Of a stretch of DNA of 64,000 nucleotides, positions 25,682-38,281 are shown piece after piece. A model generated the notes under the pieces. The model worked only from the letters and a program-made list of their open reading frames with translations. It ran no database searches and was not told where the DNA came from. Numbering within the stretch: the stretch's first letter is position 1; the number at the start of each line of letters is the position of its first letter. This stretch comes from Takakia lepidozioides (lineage: Eukaryota > Plantae > Bryophyta). Both the position numbers and the translations under genes were made by a program. The stretch spans positions 94,798,001-94,862,000 of the forward strand of contig CM060731.1 in NCBI GenBank assembly GCA_030704615.1, written 5' to 3'.

Positions 25682-27230
25682 GAATAAATTAGGGATTGTG
25701 GGCATCATGTTCCTATGATCCACCGCTACATTCCCAATAAACCGCATTGGGAGCAGTGCACGTTGGCCATCTCCTGACTGCCATTCCGGCCTGTAGGATG
25801 TCGTTTCCTCCCAAAAGTCCAGGGTAAATCCCATGGGGTATAACACCGCCCCACCAACAAGCACATCATAAGACATCGCGTCCGTAACAATGGCTTTAGC
25901 TCTCATGACTGAGCCGTCCGTATGATGGTCCGGCTGCAATCGAATGAAGAGCTCATGGTGTGTAATCCCTCGTGTCTGCTCTGAACCGCCCAAAGATGTT
26001 TGAATTTGGAAAGGGCAAGGCTCCAAATCCGCCTCTATAAGGCCCAAGCCTGCAATTGCTGCTCTTCCCAACATCAATGGTTGTGCTCCCGAGTCCAACA
26101 AGACCCGCAGTGGCCTATACCTCCTCCCGGCTAGGCCACCCAACTGAAACACACCATCCTGATTGTCCACCAGGACTACCCCAGGAGTTACCATACTGCG
26201 CTCAATGGCTGGCCTAGTTGGCAACTCTTGCAACCTTGCAGCTGCCGCTTGCCATGGCGCAGCTGTGGCTGTCTTCACCCTTGAATCCAGGGCATTCATG
26301 CATTGCACCTTATCTGCTATCCCCGCAGATAGTGCTGATGCATCACCACTATCACAGAGTGCAGCTGCCAGTCTAAACACTGCAGGTGGTCGCATTCCCG
26401 ACATTGCAATTGTCGTGGCAGAAAATAATGGAGCTTGGCAAACCGCCGTAGCCGCCCCCAACAATGTACTGGCTGCACCTTGTTTTGCAGCACCTCCCAC
26501 TGGCATATCCCGAGCCACACCAGCTCTCCCCAATGGCACTTGTGGCTCTACCTCTGACACACTTGGGCGAGCGGGTGCCATCGATGGCATAGTTGGCACT
26601 GTCTCAGCCAATGTGAAAGACTGTGGAAGCTTTGTCTGTCGACTTGCTTCCCCCCTTTGTGGATCAAAATCCACATCTGCTCCTCTTGGCTCAGGAGCAC
26701 GCGTTGTTGCTTGAGTGACAGCAGCTGCAGAGTCCATATGCAATGGTCCTGCAAGTGCGGCTCCACACATGAAGCCCATACCAATCTGGTCTTCCCTAGG
26801 CATAGGAGGTTGTGCAGGTGGGGCTTGAACCTCAGGCCTTGGAACTGGTGCAACATGCGTAGTGGCCATGGTAGCAAGACGTCGCTCTAGCTGGGCAAGC
26901 CTATCCACCATGCCTTGGTCAGGACCTTGACCTTGACCTTGTGCTCCCTGGTTTTGGTTACGACCTCCACCGCGACCTCTGCCTCCTCTACCTCTCTGGA
27001 CTACATTGCCTCGTCCTCGGCCACCATTGTTCCCTTGGAATTGGCCTGGCCATAGCTGAAGATGCAAATCATAACAATGCGCCTCCTCATGCCCATACTT
27101 ACCACAATGCCCGCACTGTAGTTGTGTAGGCTGTGCCTGTGTCGGCCCTTTGCCTCTCTCCGGGCAATCTCTCTTAACATAGGGTCCTCCACAATCCCAA
27201 CATGTCACACCCAACTGTTGTTGCTCTGGG
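25682..27230 (-). pseudogene. Gag zinc knuckles and aspartic protease fragment of a second gypsy family
   Basis: CWDCGGPYVKRDC, CGHCGKYGHEEAHC, an RG-rich stretch, protease VLLDSGA and YDVLVG. Open frame but truncated at both ends. Confidence 0.85.
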
Positions 27231-30200
27231 GGGACAGGGAATGTGGGAGGTAGTGCAACTGGAGCTGAGGGTACTGCAAGTACAGGGGGGCCAGTAGCAG
27301 AGAGTGCTAAAGGGCCAACACCTGGTGGGAGTTCCACCACTACAATAGTAGGTCCTCAAGGACCAGCACCTACAGGAGGACCAACACCTATCAGTGGGCA
27401 GGGTATAGGGCCACAGATGGCGGTACCTCCAACACGGGCAATGCCACCTTTTCCAATATATGAAGGAAAAGGGGATCATGATGTACACATCAGCCAATTT
27501 GAGCACATGTGTATGGTGAACAATGAGAATGGCGATGATGCCAAATTGAGACTATTTCCTTGTTCACTTATCCAGAAAGCAAGTGAATGGTATGCAAGGT
27601 TTCCTAATAATCATTTCCTAACCTGGAATGGCCTTAGTACAGCATTCCGAAACAGGTTCAGGACAAACTAAACTGAGGATGAAGTGTATGGGAGTTTACA
27701 ACAGTTGAGGCAAAAGAAGCATGAAACTGTTGAAGAATATATGGAAAAGATGGAATTAATGATGAAAAAGCTGGCTGCTGTACCAGCACCAGGATTACAG
27801 AAGACTTGGTTTGTGAGTGGACTAAGACCTGAATTACAAAAGAAAGTGGATATGCTACCCCATAATATAGTGGAGGAGGCATTCGAAACAGCCAACATAA
27901 TTGAGCAATTGGGAATGCTCAGGAGAGATAAGAGGGATGATGATGACTCTGAAGATGAGTCAGCTGAGGAAGAAGAGCAAGAGCTCAGGAGGAAGAGCAA
28001 GAAGAAGGAAAAGTTGAAGAGGGACAACTATGAAAAAAGATTGGAAGAAATCTTGAAAAAATATGCCATAGAGGCTGCAACACATTGGAGGAAGGGTGTT
28101 TGGTGTGCAAAGTGCCAAAATAAAGGCCATACCATAGCTGAATGCCACATAAAGGAGAAACATTGTACTATCTATAAAATGGATAACCATTCTACTGAGA
28201 ATTGTTATAACAATAGAAGGACAGCTACAAGAGAACCTAGGCAAGTGAGGGTGCATCAAGTGCAACCCCAGCCAAGAAGTAATAATGACCAGGACCACTA
28301 TGGTAGGCCTGGTGGATATAACAATGTTATGGCAAGAAGAGGTAATCCAAGAGGGAATTACCAAGGCAATCCCAGAGGCAACTATCAGGGTAATCCAAGG
28401 GGGAATTACCAGCCAGGGAATCAGGATTTAGAAATAATCCCAGAATAGACCAAGGGCGAGGACCCAATGGTAAAGAACTGTGTTACTATTGTAACTAGAC
28501 ATCGCAAAGCAGCCTGTCCATTCTGGATCAGACACCAGAATGAGATGAGAGCTCCTGTGAATGAAGGCCCAATAGTGGCAGCTCACATGGTTATGCCATG
28601 TTTTGTACCAGAAGTAAGTACAATGATAGTTACCAGAAGCAAAGCTAAAATGTTACCTCCAGTGGATGAGGAAGAAGATGTTAATGAGGATGACAGTGAT
28701 GTGCCTAAAGATGATGAGGCATGGAGAGATTAGAAGGAACTGCACAAGGAAGTGGCTGATACCATAACGGAAATACAGAAGGATACTGATATCCCTATGG
28801 CAGATTCTTCTGATTCTGAAAGAGAAGATGAAGAAGGTGAAGATGAAGTGAAGCAAGAGGCTTCACATGTGCAGGATAATGAAGGGGCTTTGGCTGAAGT
28901 AATATGCCAGTCCAAAGCTGAGATTACAATTGGGCAGCTATTGGCTGTGGCACCCCATTGTAGACACAGGCTGTATCAAGCAATCAATCAGATTGCTCAT
29001 GTGACAGAGAATACAGACCTGAACAGCAAGGTGACAAGTTATAATGTGAAACCTGAAGGGCCAAAAACTGTCATGGACTTTGATGATTCCATGCCAGTAA
29101 TCCAAGTGAGAATTGGAAGCATAGACCTGACTGATGTACTGATAGATGGAGGCTCATGAGTGAATATCATGACAAACCAATTAAGGCAGAAGCTTGGACT
29201 GAATAACATGAAACCAGCCCCATTCATAGTAACAATGGTAGATCGAAGGAGTGTACAGCCATTGGGCTTGATAAGAGGAGTAAAGATACAGATTCAGAAG
29301 ATGATCTTTAAGATCATAGTGACTGTGTTGAAAATGGATGATGTCATGGAAGCTTACTCCTTATTGCTGGGTCGACCATGGCTGAAACAGGCCAGGGTAT
29401 TCCATGACTGGAATTCCATATTACTGACTGTGCATGATGGGAAGCACAAGATACAGATCCCCACTAAGAAATCTGGTAGGCTATCTGCTACCAGAAGACC
29501 TCGAGGAGTCGGGGAGTATGACTGGAGGGGAGGACTTGATGAAGAGCAGGAGGCTACTCTTTTTGCTGCACACCCAGAGTGGGAGCATGTTGCAGAAATG
29601 CAACTGGGAGGACTAAGCTGTTTCAAGGGTATATGATGTGGTGCAGTAACAACAACACCAATTGAGGGGGAAACAAGTAGTTGCCCACCACATTTCTATG
29701 AAGAAAAAGAGGGAGAAATATAAATCCTAGAGGAACCAGCCACTGTGAGTTTACAGGATGAAGTAGTGGCTGAATGGACAATCACAGCTAAAGAGCAAGT
29801 GAGAGAAGTCAATGTGGGAACTGAGGAGGAACCAAGAATGGTGAAAGTTGGGGCTGATTTGGAGCCAAAATTCTTGAAGAAACTAAGAGTCTATTTATCA
29901 AATATAGGGATGTATTTGCTTGGAGTTATGAAGACCTGAAGGGGATACCCCCTGAAATATGCCAGCACAAGATTGAGTTGGAACCAGGTTCCGTACCAAT
30001 CAAACAGGCAAGATACATGATGAATCCCAACTATGCACAGAAGGTTGGAGAGGAGATAAAGAAGCTGGCTAAGGCTAAGTTTATATACGCGATAGAGTAT
30101 ACAACTTGGCTATCACCCATCATGATAGTTCCCAAGAAGAATGGCAAACTGTGAACTATAAGAAGTTGAATGATTGTACAAAGAAAGATCTCTTTCCTTT

Positions 30201-33200
30201 GCCATTCACAGAAGCTATACTGGACACTATGGCAGGCCATGAGATGTACTCATTCATGGATGGCTTCAGTGGATATAACCAAGTACAAGTAGCTGAAGAG
30301 GATCAGGGAAAGACAACTTTCATTACTGACTGGGGTGCTTATGCATACAAATTCATGCCTTTTGGACTTTGTAATGCACGAGCAACTTTCCAGAGAGTGA
30401 TAAGTGAATCTTTCCATGACTACTTGGATGATTTCATGCAAATGTTCTTAGATGACTTCAGTGTGTATAGCTCTAAGAATGAGCACTGTCAGTAATTACA
30501 GACCCATTGCATTGGCCAACACCCCATATAAGTTATTCACCAGCACGCTCACCACAATGTTGTCAAGCTATGGTGAACAACACCAAATTCTCAGCGACCC
30601 CCAAGAAGGATTCCGAACCACACGTAGTACAACTTGACAAATCCAATATGTTCTATCCACCCTCGAAGACGCAAAACTTACAAAGCAAGATATATATCTA
30701 CTATATATCAACTTTAGGAATGCCTTTGGCTCCCTAGATCACGCTAGATTATTCGCCATCATGCTTGATCTTGGGTACCCCACTGACGTCGTTCAACTTA
30801 TAGGAGATATATACACAAACAGCACCACCGAATACTTTGGTGCATACTGTGGATCCACCCCACCTATTTCCATTCTCCAAGGCACTATCCAAGGGGATAC
30901 CTTAAGCCCATACCTCTTTGTTATCTTTTTAGAACCCCTACTCAGATGGCTCGCTCGTGGTCAACTAGGATATCAATACAAAACCTCTGCCAGTGACATC
31001 TCAGCCGCAGCATATGCAGACGATCTCGCCATCCTTGCACATATACCACAACACCTACACCGACAAGTTACCAAACTATCCAGATTCAATCTATGGTCAG
31101 GTATGGAGCTCAGCTTACACAAGTGCGCTATCACAGCCGCAACGCATCAAAGCCGGCTTACTAAAATTGCCATGGCTTCGCATTGTAAACTCTACATATA
31201 CTATTTTGGGACACATTGTGTGTAAAAAAGGACTGCTTGTAGATCCTAGAAAGACAGAGGCTATTAAAGCCTCACCACCACCAAGTAATGTTAAGGCTCT
31301 AAGGAGGTTCCTTGGACAAACCAGTTATTACAGAAGGTTTATCAGACGATATGCGCAGAAGGCAACACCATTGAGCAAACTCTTGAAGAAAGATGTAGTG
31401 TTTGCATGGATAGCTGAATGTCAACAGGCCTTTGAGGAATTTACATTGTCAGTAACAACTACCCCTATGCTGATTTACCCTCATTGGCATATGGTATTTC
31501 ATGTACACTGTGATGCCTCATGAGAAGCATTGGGGGCTGTGTTAGCCCAAAATGTCACAGGAAACATAGATTCACCTGTGTATTATGCTAGCAGACTGTT
31601 GAACAGTGCTGAAATGAACTATAGCACCACCAAAAGAGAAGCTTTGGCAATGATTTATTCAGTTAAGAAGTTCAGGCATTATTTGATGGGAAGAAAGTTT
31701 ATGTTCTATGTGGATCATCAAGCTCTGATTTATTTGGTGAACAAGCCTTTGATAAGTGGACGGATAGCAAGATGGCTGATTATACTGCATGAGTTTGAAT
31801 TCAAAGTTGTTTACAAACCTGGACGTTTGCATCTTGTGGCAGATCACTTATCACGCCATTCAACAGGAGAGCCCACCACAGGAGTAGACGATCAACTGCC
31901 TGATGCAGGTTTATTTGCAGTAGAAGTACAGGGAGCAGATGACTGGATGGATTTGCAGTGGCCAATCAGATATTATTTGACTCATGGACAGTGCCCACCC
32001 AGTTATGGGAAGGAGCAGAGGAAAAGAATAGTTATCAAGGCATTACCATACACTATGATAGGAGGAAGATTGTAGAAGCTAGGACCTGATGGAGTTCTTA
32101 AACGATGTTTGTACCACCATGAGGTAAATAAAGTTTTGGAAGAAGTTCATAAGGGAGTGGCTGGAGGCCATTTTGGAGAAGAGACTACCAGTAGGAGAAT
32201 ATTACTTGTAGGTTACTGGTGGCCTACCTTGTTTAGAGATGTACACAAGTATTGTAAGAGCTGTGATGAGTGCCAGAGGCTAGGACCATTGCAAAGATCG
32301 GGAAAGATGGCTTTGCATCCTACAATGCCTACTAAACCATTCCATAAATGGGGATTGGATTTTGTTGGACCAATCAATCCACCAGCCAGGAATACACAGA
32401 ACAAGTATATAATCACAGCCACTGATTATACCACAAAATGGGTGGAAGTTAAGGCTCTGAGACAACACAGCTAAGTCCACAGCAAGGTTCCTATATAAGA
32501 ACATTATCACAAGATTTGGCTGTCTCCAGGAATTTATCAGTGACCAGGGAAGTCATTTCATTAATGAGACCATTGAACTGTTGACTAAGGAGTGGGCAAT
32601 GGGCAGGCAGAGGCCACCAACAAAATACTATGCATTATTTTGGCTAAGATAGTCAATACGAACATGACAGACTGGGATACAAAGCTGTTGACAGCTTTGT
32701 GGTCATACAGGACTTCATATAAGGTCACCACCAAGTATACACCATTCCAATTAGTTTATGGCATGGAAGCTTTACTTCCAGTGGAATTCTTATTACCTAC
32801 CATGAGAACTGAATGAGGGAGGAGAATGGAATTGGAGGATTCAATTAAAGTAAGGAAACATAAACTATATCATGTGGAAGAAGTACGTGCTGATGCAGCA
32901 GATAATATGGCCAGAATTCAGATGAAGAGGATGGATCAGTTTGATGAAGGTAAATTGAAGACTTTTAAGACATGCGATTTGGTACTGCGGTTGCAGAAGA
33001 AGGGAAAGATTAAAGCTTCTAAGCTTAAATCACCATGGAAAGGACCCTATGTCATACAGAAGATGTATGATAACAACACAGCTATGTTACAAACCATTAA
33101 AAAAGAGATGCTTCGTAGAGTTAATGCCAATAAGTTGAAGTGATACAGTGGTATCCATGATAGACCATTGCAGCATGATTTGCATCTTGAAACACAGATG

Positions 33201-34473
33201 CAGTCACAGACTACATCAGTAGCACCAGCGGAGCATGAAGCATTTGTCATAAAGCCAAATGTGTATGGCCATAGCAGGGAACACAAGTGTTCACATAGCC
33301 ATCACAGCCCACCACAGTCTATTACAACATATCACAGCCTACCATAGTCTGTCACAGCCCAACACAGGCGACATAGCCCACACAGGTTGCACAGTCCATA
33401 AGGGCAGTGACAGGTGGACACGGGTTAACGTCAGTAAAGTGGCCGATAAGTGTAAAGATAGTTTGGAAGTCAAACTCGGAGAATGTGCCACGCGGACAGA
33501 AGGAGATGGGAGAGTGTTTGAATTCAAACACGTGGCCTAAAGGGCAAAGTACTCCGCATTGCATGTACTGCAATAACGAGCGTCATCACACAAGAAGACA
33601 AACAGGGCCATCAAAGTACCTACCCGGTACATCAGCCGAAACTTATTATGAGCCCATTAATGCATCAAGAGGACAGGTAATAGAACACTTTACGCATCCG
33701 GCAAAGGGGAACCTTTGCCACATATGCAGTCCTAGTGGTCATTCCAAGATGGAATGTGAACAGATTAGGGTAAAAATGAGAAGTTACCTAATGAGGCAAC
33801 GGCCAATCAGCAACGTGAATTTTGTGTAAGAGACTTCATCCAAGAAACAAGAACAAGAAATTAAGAAGATTATGAGCGGAAGAATAGGTGTTATTCCGGA
33901 TAACCAGTGTCTCGACAGTAGGGGCAATCAAAGCTATAGCTTTGTAACTATGGCGGATATCACGGACTATACACTAGCTCTATTTCTTACGCAGTGGCGC
34001 AAGGAAGGGCAGGTCGAAAGTACTTTCTCTCTCACTCACTATTTGCAAGCCCCGCAGGCTTACACCCACTTGCATGTTCCATTCTGTGCTAATCACACTT
34101 TCATGCTATACACATTACAAGCTTTCCTACAGTTATTCCAAACAAGGCCTTCTTGTTTGTCCGGGATGAAGCGAATTAGAGAGATGGAGGATCTACGAGT
34201 GAAGAACACGACGATCTTACAGAGGCAAACAATCGCCACACCACAGGCAATGCAGCTGCTGAATGAGTTGCGGTTGGAAGGATTGTTGCGCAAAGAGTGG
34301 TTTTTGCATCATCGGGATTTGATGATCCAGTTCATCATGAACTTTGAGCCAAAGACGGGAGTTACCCAGGTGAAGGGTGTAGATATACAAGTTATTCCAT
34401 AGTATTTGCAACAGCTTTTTGAATTACCATCTGGTAATGTGAGCGTGGACGAGCACAGGGCAAGATTGCAAGT
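27225..34473 (+). mobile_element. Older, 5'-truncated copy of the large gypsy family (gag-PR-RT-RH-INT, start of 3' ORF)
   Basis: Collinear with about 36725-43465. Motifs VLIDGGS, FMDGFSGYNQ, FLDDF, VHCDAS, HHCC, WGLDF, KGPY. Many stops and frameshifts. Confidence 0.95.
30488..31203 (+). mobile_element. Internal non-LTR (LINE) reverse-transcriptase fragment
   Basis: NYRPIAL, QEGFR, INFRNAFGS, GTIQGDTLSPYLF, AYADDL and KC motifs. Replaces 93 bp (equivalent to 39984-40076) of gypsy RT; no TSD or poly(A). Confidence 0.9.
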
Positions 34474-35475
34474 TGTTAGAGGGCTGCTTGGGACTTAGAC
34501 GCTTTTACGGGTTCTGTGGGGTACCCTTGATTTTTGCGCAGACTGAGACCAACAGGAGCCTTAAGGGTGGCAGCAGTAGGCTTTAGGGGGGTTATACAGC
34601 CCGACACAGCTTTACACAGCCCGCCACAGCTTCGCACAGCCAGTCACAGCCCGACACAGCTTTATACAGCCCGCCACAGTTTCACACAGCCAGTCATAGC
34701 CCGACACAACTTTACACAGCCCGCCACAGCTTCGCACAGCCAGTCACAGCCCGACACAGCTTTACACAGCCCGCCACAGCTTCGCACAGCCAGTCACAGC
34801 CCGACATAGCTTCACACAGCCCGACACAGCTTGACACAGCCTGTCACAGTACATGCGGAATAGTTATAATTGACAGGGAACGACTGTGAGGAAACGACAT
34901 CTGCAGAGGGAACGTGTTACTTCAGGGGTGACGGTTAGTTAGTTAGGTGGTTAGAACAGCTTGCGGGTAGATTAGGAAGGCGGCAACGGGAAGGGGATCA
35001 CTTATGGAGGAGGGCAACTTGTTGAGGAGAGGAGGAGACGTAACGGAGAGTGGAAAACAGTGTAGAGGAGATGATGACTTGAATGAGGCTTAGTTCATGC
35101 AAGCTATAGAATTATACAGAAGGATAGAATAGAGACACCATGGCATAGGCATGGTACATGATTAATCTTAATCCGATACTGAATCGATACAAACATACTG
35201 TGTAGAGAGACGCGAGAGAAGCTGTGGAATGAATGCATGATTAACTGGAACTTAGTAGATACTGAAGCGATCCGACGCTTCAGTATACACGGTAAGGTAA
35301 ATTGATAACATGAAGGCAGGAAGGAATATAAATAGGAAGCACAACCATGATTCACTAGCTGCAGGTCATGACTGATTGTTCTGAGCGGGCTGAGTGCTTA
35401 GAGATATCCAACTCTTCTATCTTGGAGTTTCCACCTCGGATAGCGAAGGGATGGGTGAGTAAAAGCGGCTCGACA
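34474..35475 (+). repeat. 5' LTR (1002 bp)
   Basis: TG...CA termini. Matches 46739-47291 and 12896-13086. Contains 10-bp ACACAGCCCG-type tandem repeats (34595-34850). Confidence 0.93.
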
Positions 35476-36063
35476 TTTGGCGACCATACTAGGGATCTGG
35501 GTCATGAACAACCAAATGTGACAGGCATCTGGTGGGATCATGGTGGTTGGAGAATTAAAGAATTTGATGTGAATCAAATTCCTTGTGAAACTGAGAAGGA
35601 AAGATTGTCCAAACAATTCTTTCAGAGGTTCTTGGAATTGCCAGACGGTTGTAAAGAAAACATTCTTAAGAGAGTGCATGATGCTGACCCTGAGTGGGGT
35701 CTGGAGAAAGGAGTGATAAAGATTTATCAGGTGGCCTGTAGAGGAAGAGCACGTTGGTTACCAACACTGGTTTATGTGATAGCATTGTTATCCATTAAGC
35801 GAGTAGAGTTTGAAGGCTGGGAGGAAAGGAAGGTGAATGTTTATATTCATATGCATGAGGAGCTTGTTCTGGTAAAGAATTGGATTCCAAAGGATATTAT
35901 GTGGATCAAACTCACACCAAGAACAACTTTCCAGACTTGTTTGCCATATGGTTATATGGTAACAGAGACTTCTAGTATAGCCAAGGGTGCATTGAAGCTT
36001 GAAAGAAACCCAGGCATATACGAGAGATACTACAGAAGAGAGTTTTGGTTATTGCCACATTAA
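35368..36063 (+). CDS. Extra 5' ORF (231 aa) upstream of gag, unknown function
   Basis: Stop-free ORF that starts inside the LTR, runs through the PBS and ends 20 nt before the gag ATG. Confidence 0.5.
   Translation: MTDCSERAECLEISNSSILEFPPRIAKGWVSKSGSTFGDHTRDLGHEQPNVTGIWWDHGGWRIKEFDVNQIPCETEKERLSKQFFQRFLELPDGCKENILKRVHDADPEWGLEKGVIKIYQVACRGRARWLPTLVYVIALLSIKRVEFEGWEERKVNVYIHMHEELVLVKNWIPKDIMWIKLTPRTTFQTCLPYGYMVTETSSIAKGALKLERNPGIYERYYRREFWLLPH
35478..35495 (+). promoter_or_regulatory. Primer-binding site (tRNA-Arg-like, tentative)
   Basis: TGGCGACCATACTAGGGA begins 2 nt after the LTR end. The tRNA identity is from resemblance only. Confidence 0.75.
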
Positions 36064-36083
36064 AGAAATGAAAGACATGGGAC

Positions 36084-38200
36084 ATGAGTGATGAAAGGGA
36101 AGCTAGACTCCAAAGATATTCAACAAAAAGAGAAAGTTATTTGAAAGCTAATTATCCATATCTTTGGGAGAGAGGAATAGACATAGGGGAATCATCTGGA
36201 CCTCTCACACCATTAAGATCAGAGAGTACATCACCCATACCGGAAGAACTAGAGTTGGATGCCACTCCTTCTTTTTCTTTGCAAGAAAGATTAAGGGAAT
36301 TGGTACAGGAAGAAGATCAACCACAAGGTGAAAGATCTGAGGTACATCCCTGGATAAAAGATTTGACAGAAATCTTTGATAAGAGTTGGTATGGAACACC
36401 AAAAGCAGGAACTCCAGTTTCTGAGACGGAAGACGAAGAAGGAGGAGAGGATGTGACAGAACCAACGGAGAGTTCAAACTCTCCAACACCATTGCAATTG
36501 AGTTATATGAGTGAAGAAGAAGAAACCCAAGGGCAGAACTTGGAAGATGAAAACAGAGAGAAGAAATTGGAAGAGGAAGAGTATGAAGAAGTAGACCCAA
36601 CAACTGAGGTTGAGACTACAACCAGGACATCCCAACCCGTTGGACCTGGATCAAGTGGAGCACTTGGATCACAGGCCAACGAAGGTGTCGGCTCAGGGGG
36701 ATCAGGCGGGCAGCCTGGATCTCGCTCTGGGGGGACAGGGAGTGTGGGAAGTAGTGCAACTGGAGCTGGGAATACTGTGAATATAGTGGGGCCAGTAGCA
36801 GGGAGTGCTCAGGGGCCAGCACTTGGTGGAAGTTCCACCACAACTACAACAGGTCCTCAAGGACCAGCACCAGCAAGGGGGCCAGCACCTGTCAGTGGGC
36901 AGGAGGTAGGGCCACAGATGGCGTTACAACCAACACGGGCAAAACCACCTTTTCCAATATATATTCAGGAAAATGGGATCCTGATGTACACATTAGCCAA
37001 TTTGAGCACATGTGTATTGTGAACAATGAGAATGGCGATGATGCCAAGATGAGACTGTTTCCTTGTTCACTTATAAAGAAAGCAAGTGAATGGTATGCAA
37101 GATTCCTTGATAATCATTTCCTAACCTGGAATGGCTTGAATACAACATTCCGAAATAGGTTCAGGACAAGTAAAACTGAGGATGAAGTGTATGGAAGTTT
37201 ACAACAGTTAAAGCAAAAGAAGCATGAAACTGTTGAGGAGTATATGGAAAAGATGGAATTGATGATGAAAAAGCTGGCTGCTGTACCAGCACCAGGTTTA
37301 CAGAAGACTTGGTTTGTGAGTGGACTAAGACCAGAGTTGCAAAAGAAAGTGGATATGTTACCCCATAATACAGTGGAGGAGGCATTTGAAACAGCGAACA
37401 GAATTGAGCAATTGGGAATGCTCAGGAGAGAGAAAAGGGATGATGAGGACTCTGAGGATGAGTCAGATGAGGAAGAAGAGCAAGAGCTGAAAAGGAAGAG
37501 TAAGAGGAAGGAAAAGTTGAAGAGGGAAACTATGAGAAAAGATTAGAAGAAATCTTGAAGAAGTATGCCACAGAGGCTGCAACACATTGGAGGAAGGTGT
37601 TTGGTGTGCAAAGTGCCAGAATGAAGGCCATACCACCACTGAATGCCACATGAAGGAGAAACACTGTACTATCTGTAAAATGGATAACCATTCTACTGAG
37701 AATTGTTACTACAACAGAAGGACAACAGCAAGAGAACCTAGGCAAGTAAGGGTGCATCAAGTGCAGCCCCAGCCAAGAAGAAACAGTGATCAGGACCACT
37801 ATGGTAGGCCTGGTGGTTATAACAATGGCATGGAAGGGAGAGGTAATCCAAGAGGGAATTACCAAGGAAATTCCAGAGGCAACTATCAGGGTAATCCAAG
37901 GGGGAATTACCAGCCAGGGAATCAGGATTACAGAAACAATCCCAGAACAGACCAAGGGCGAGGACCTAATGGGGAAGAACTGTGTTACTATTGTAATCAG
38001 GCAGGACATCGCAAGGCAGCCTGTCCATTCTGGATCAGACACCAGAATGAGATGAGAGCTCCTGTGAATGAGGGGCCAGTGGTGGCAGCTCACATGGTTA
38101 GGCCATGTGTTGTACCAGAAGTAAGTACAATGATAGTAACGAGAAGCAAAGCCAGTAGATGAGGAAGGTGATGATAATGAAGATGGCAGTGATGTGCCTG
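36084..38200 (+). pseudogene. gag (frameshifted)
   Basis: RLFPCSL..KASEWY, LKQKKHETVEEY (major homology region), and three CCHC knuckles. Split across three frames. Confidence 0.9.
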
Positions 38201-38281
38201 AAGATGATGAGGCTTGGAGAGATGAGAAAGAACTGCACAAAGAAGTGGCAGATACCATAAGGGAAATGCAAAAGAGTTCCT

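Noticed and set aside
35285-35310. Alternative LTR end at ...GATAACA with tRNA-independent self-priming
   Set aside because: The copy at 12896-13086 with its TSD and the TGG-type PBS fix the LTR end at 35475.
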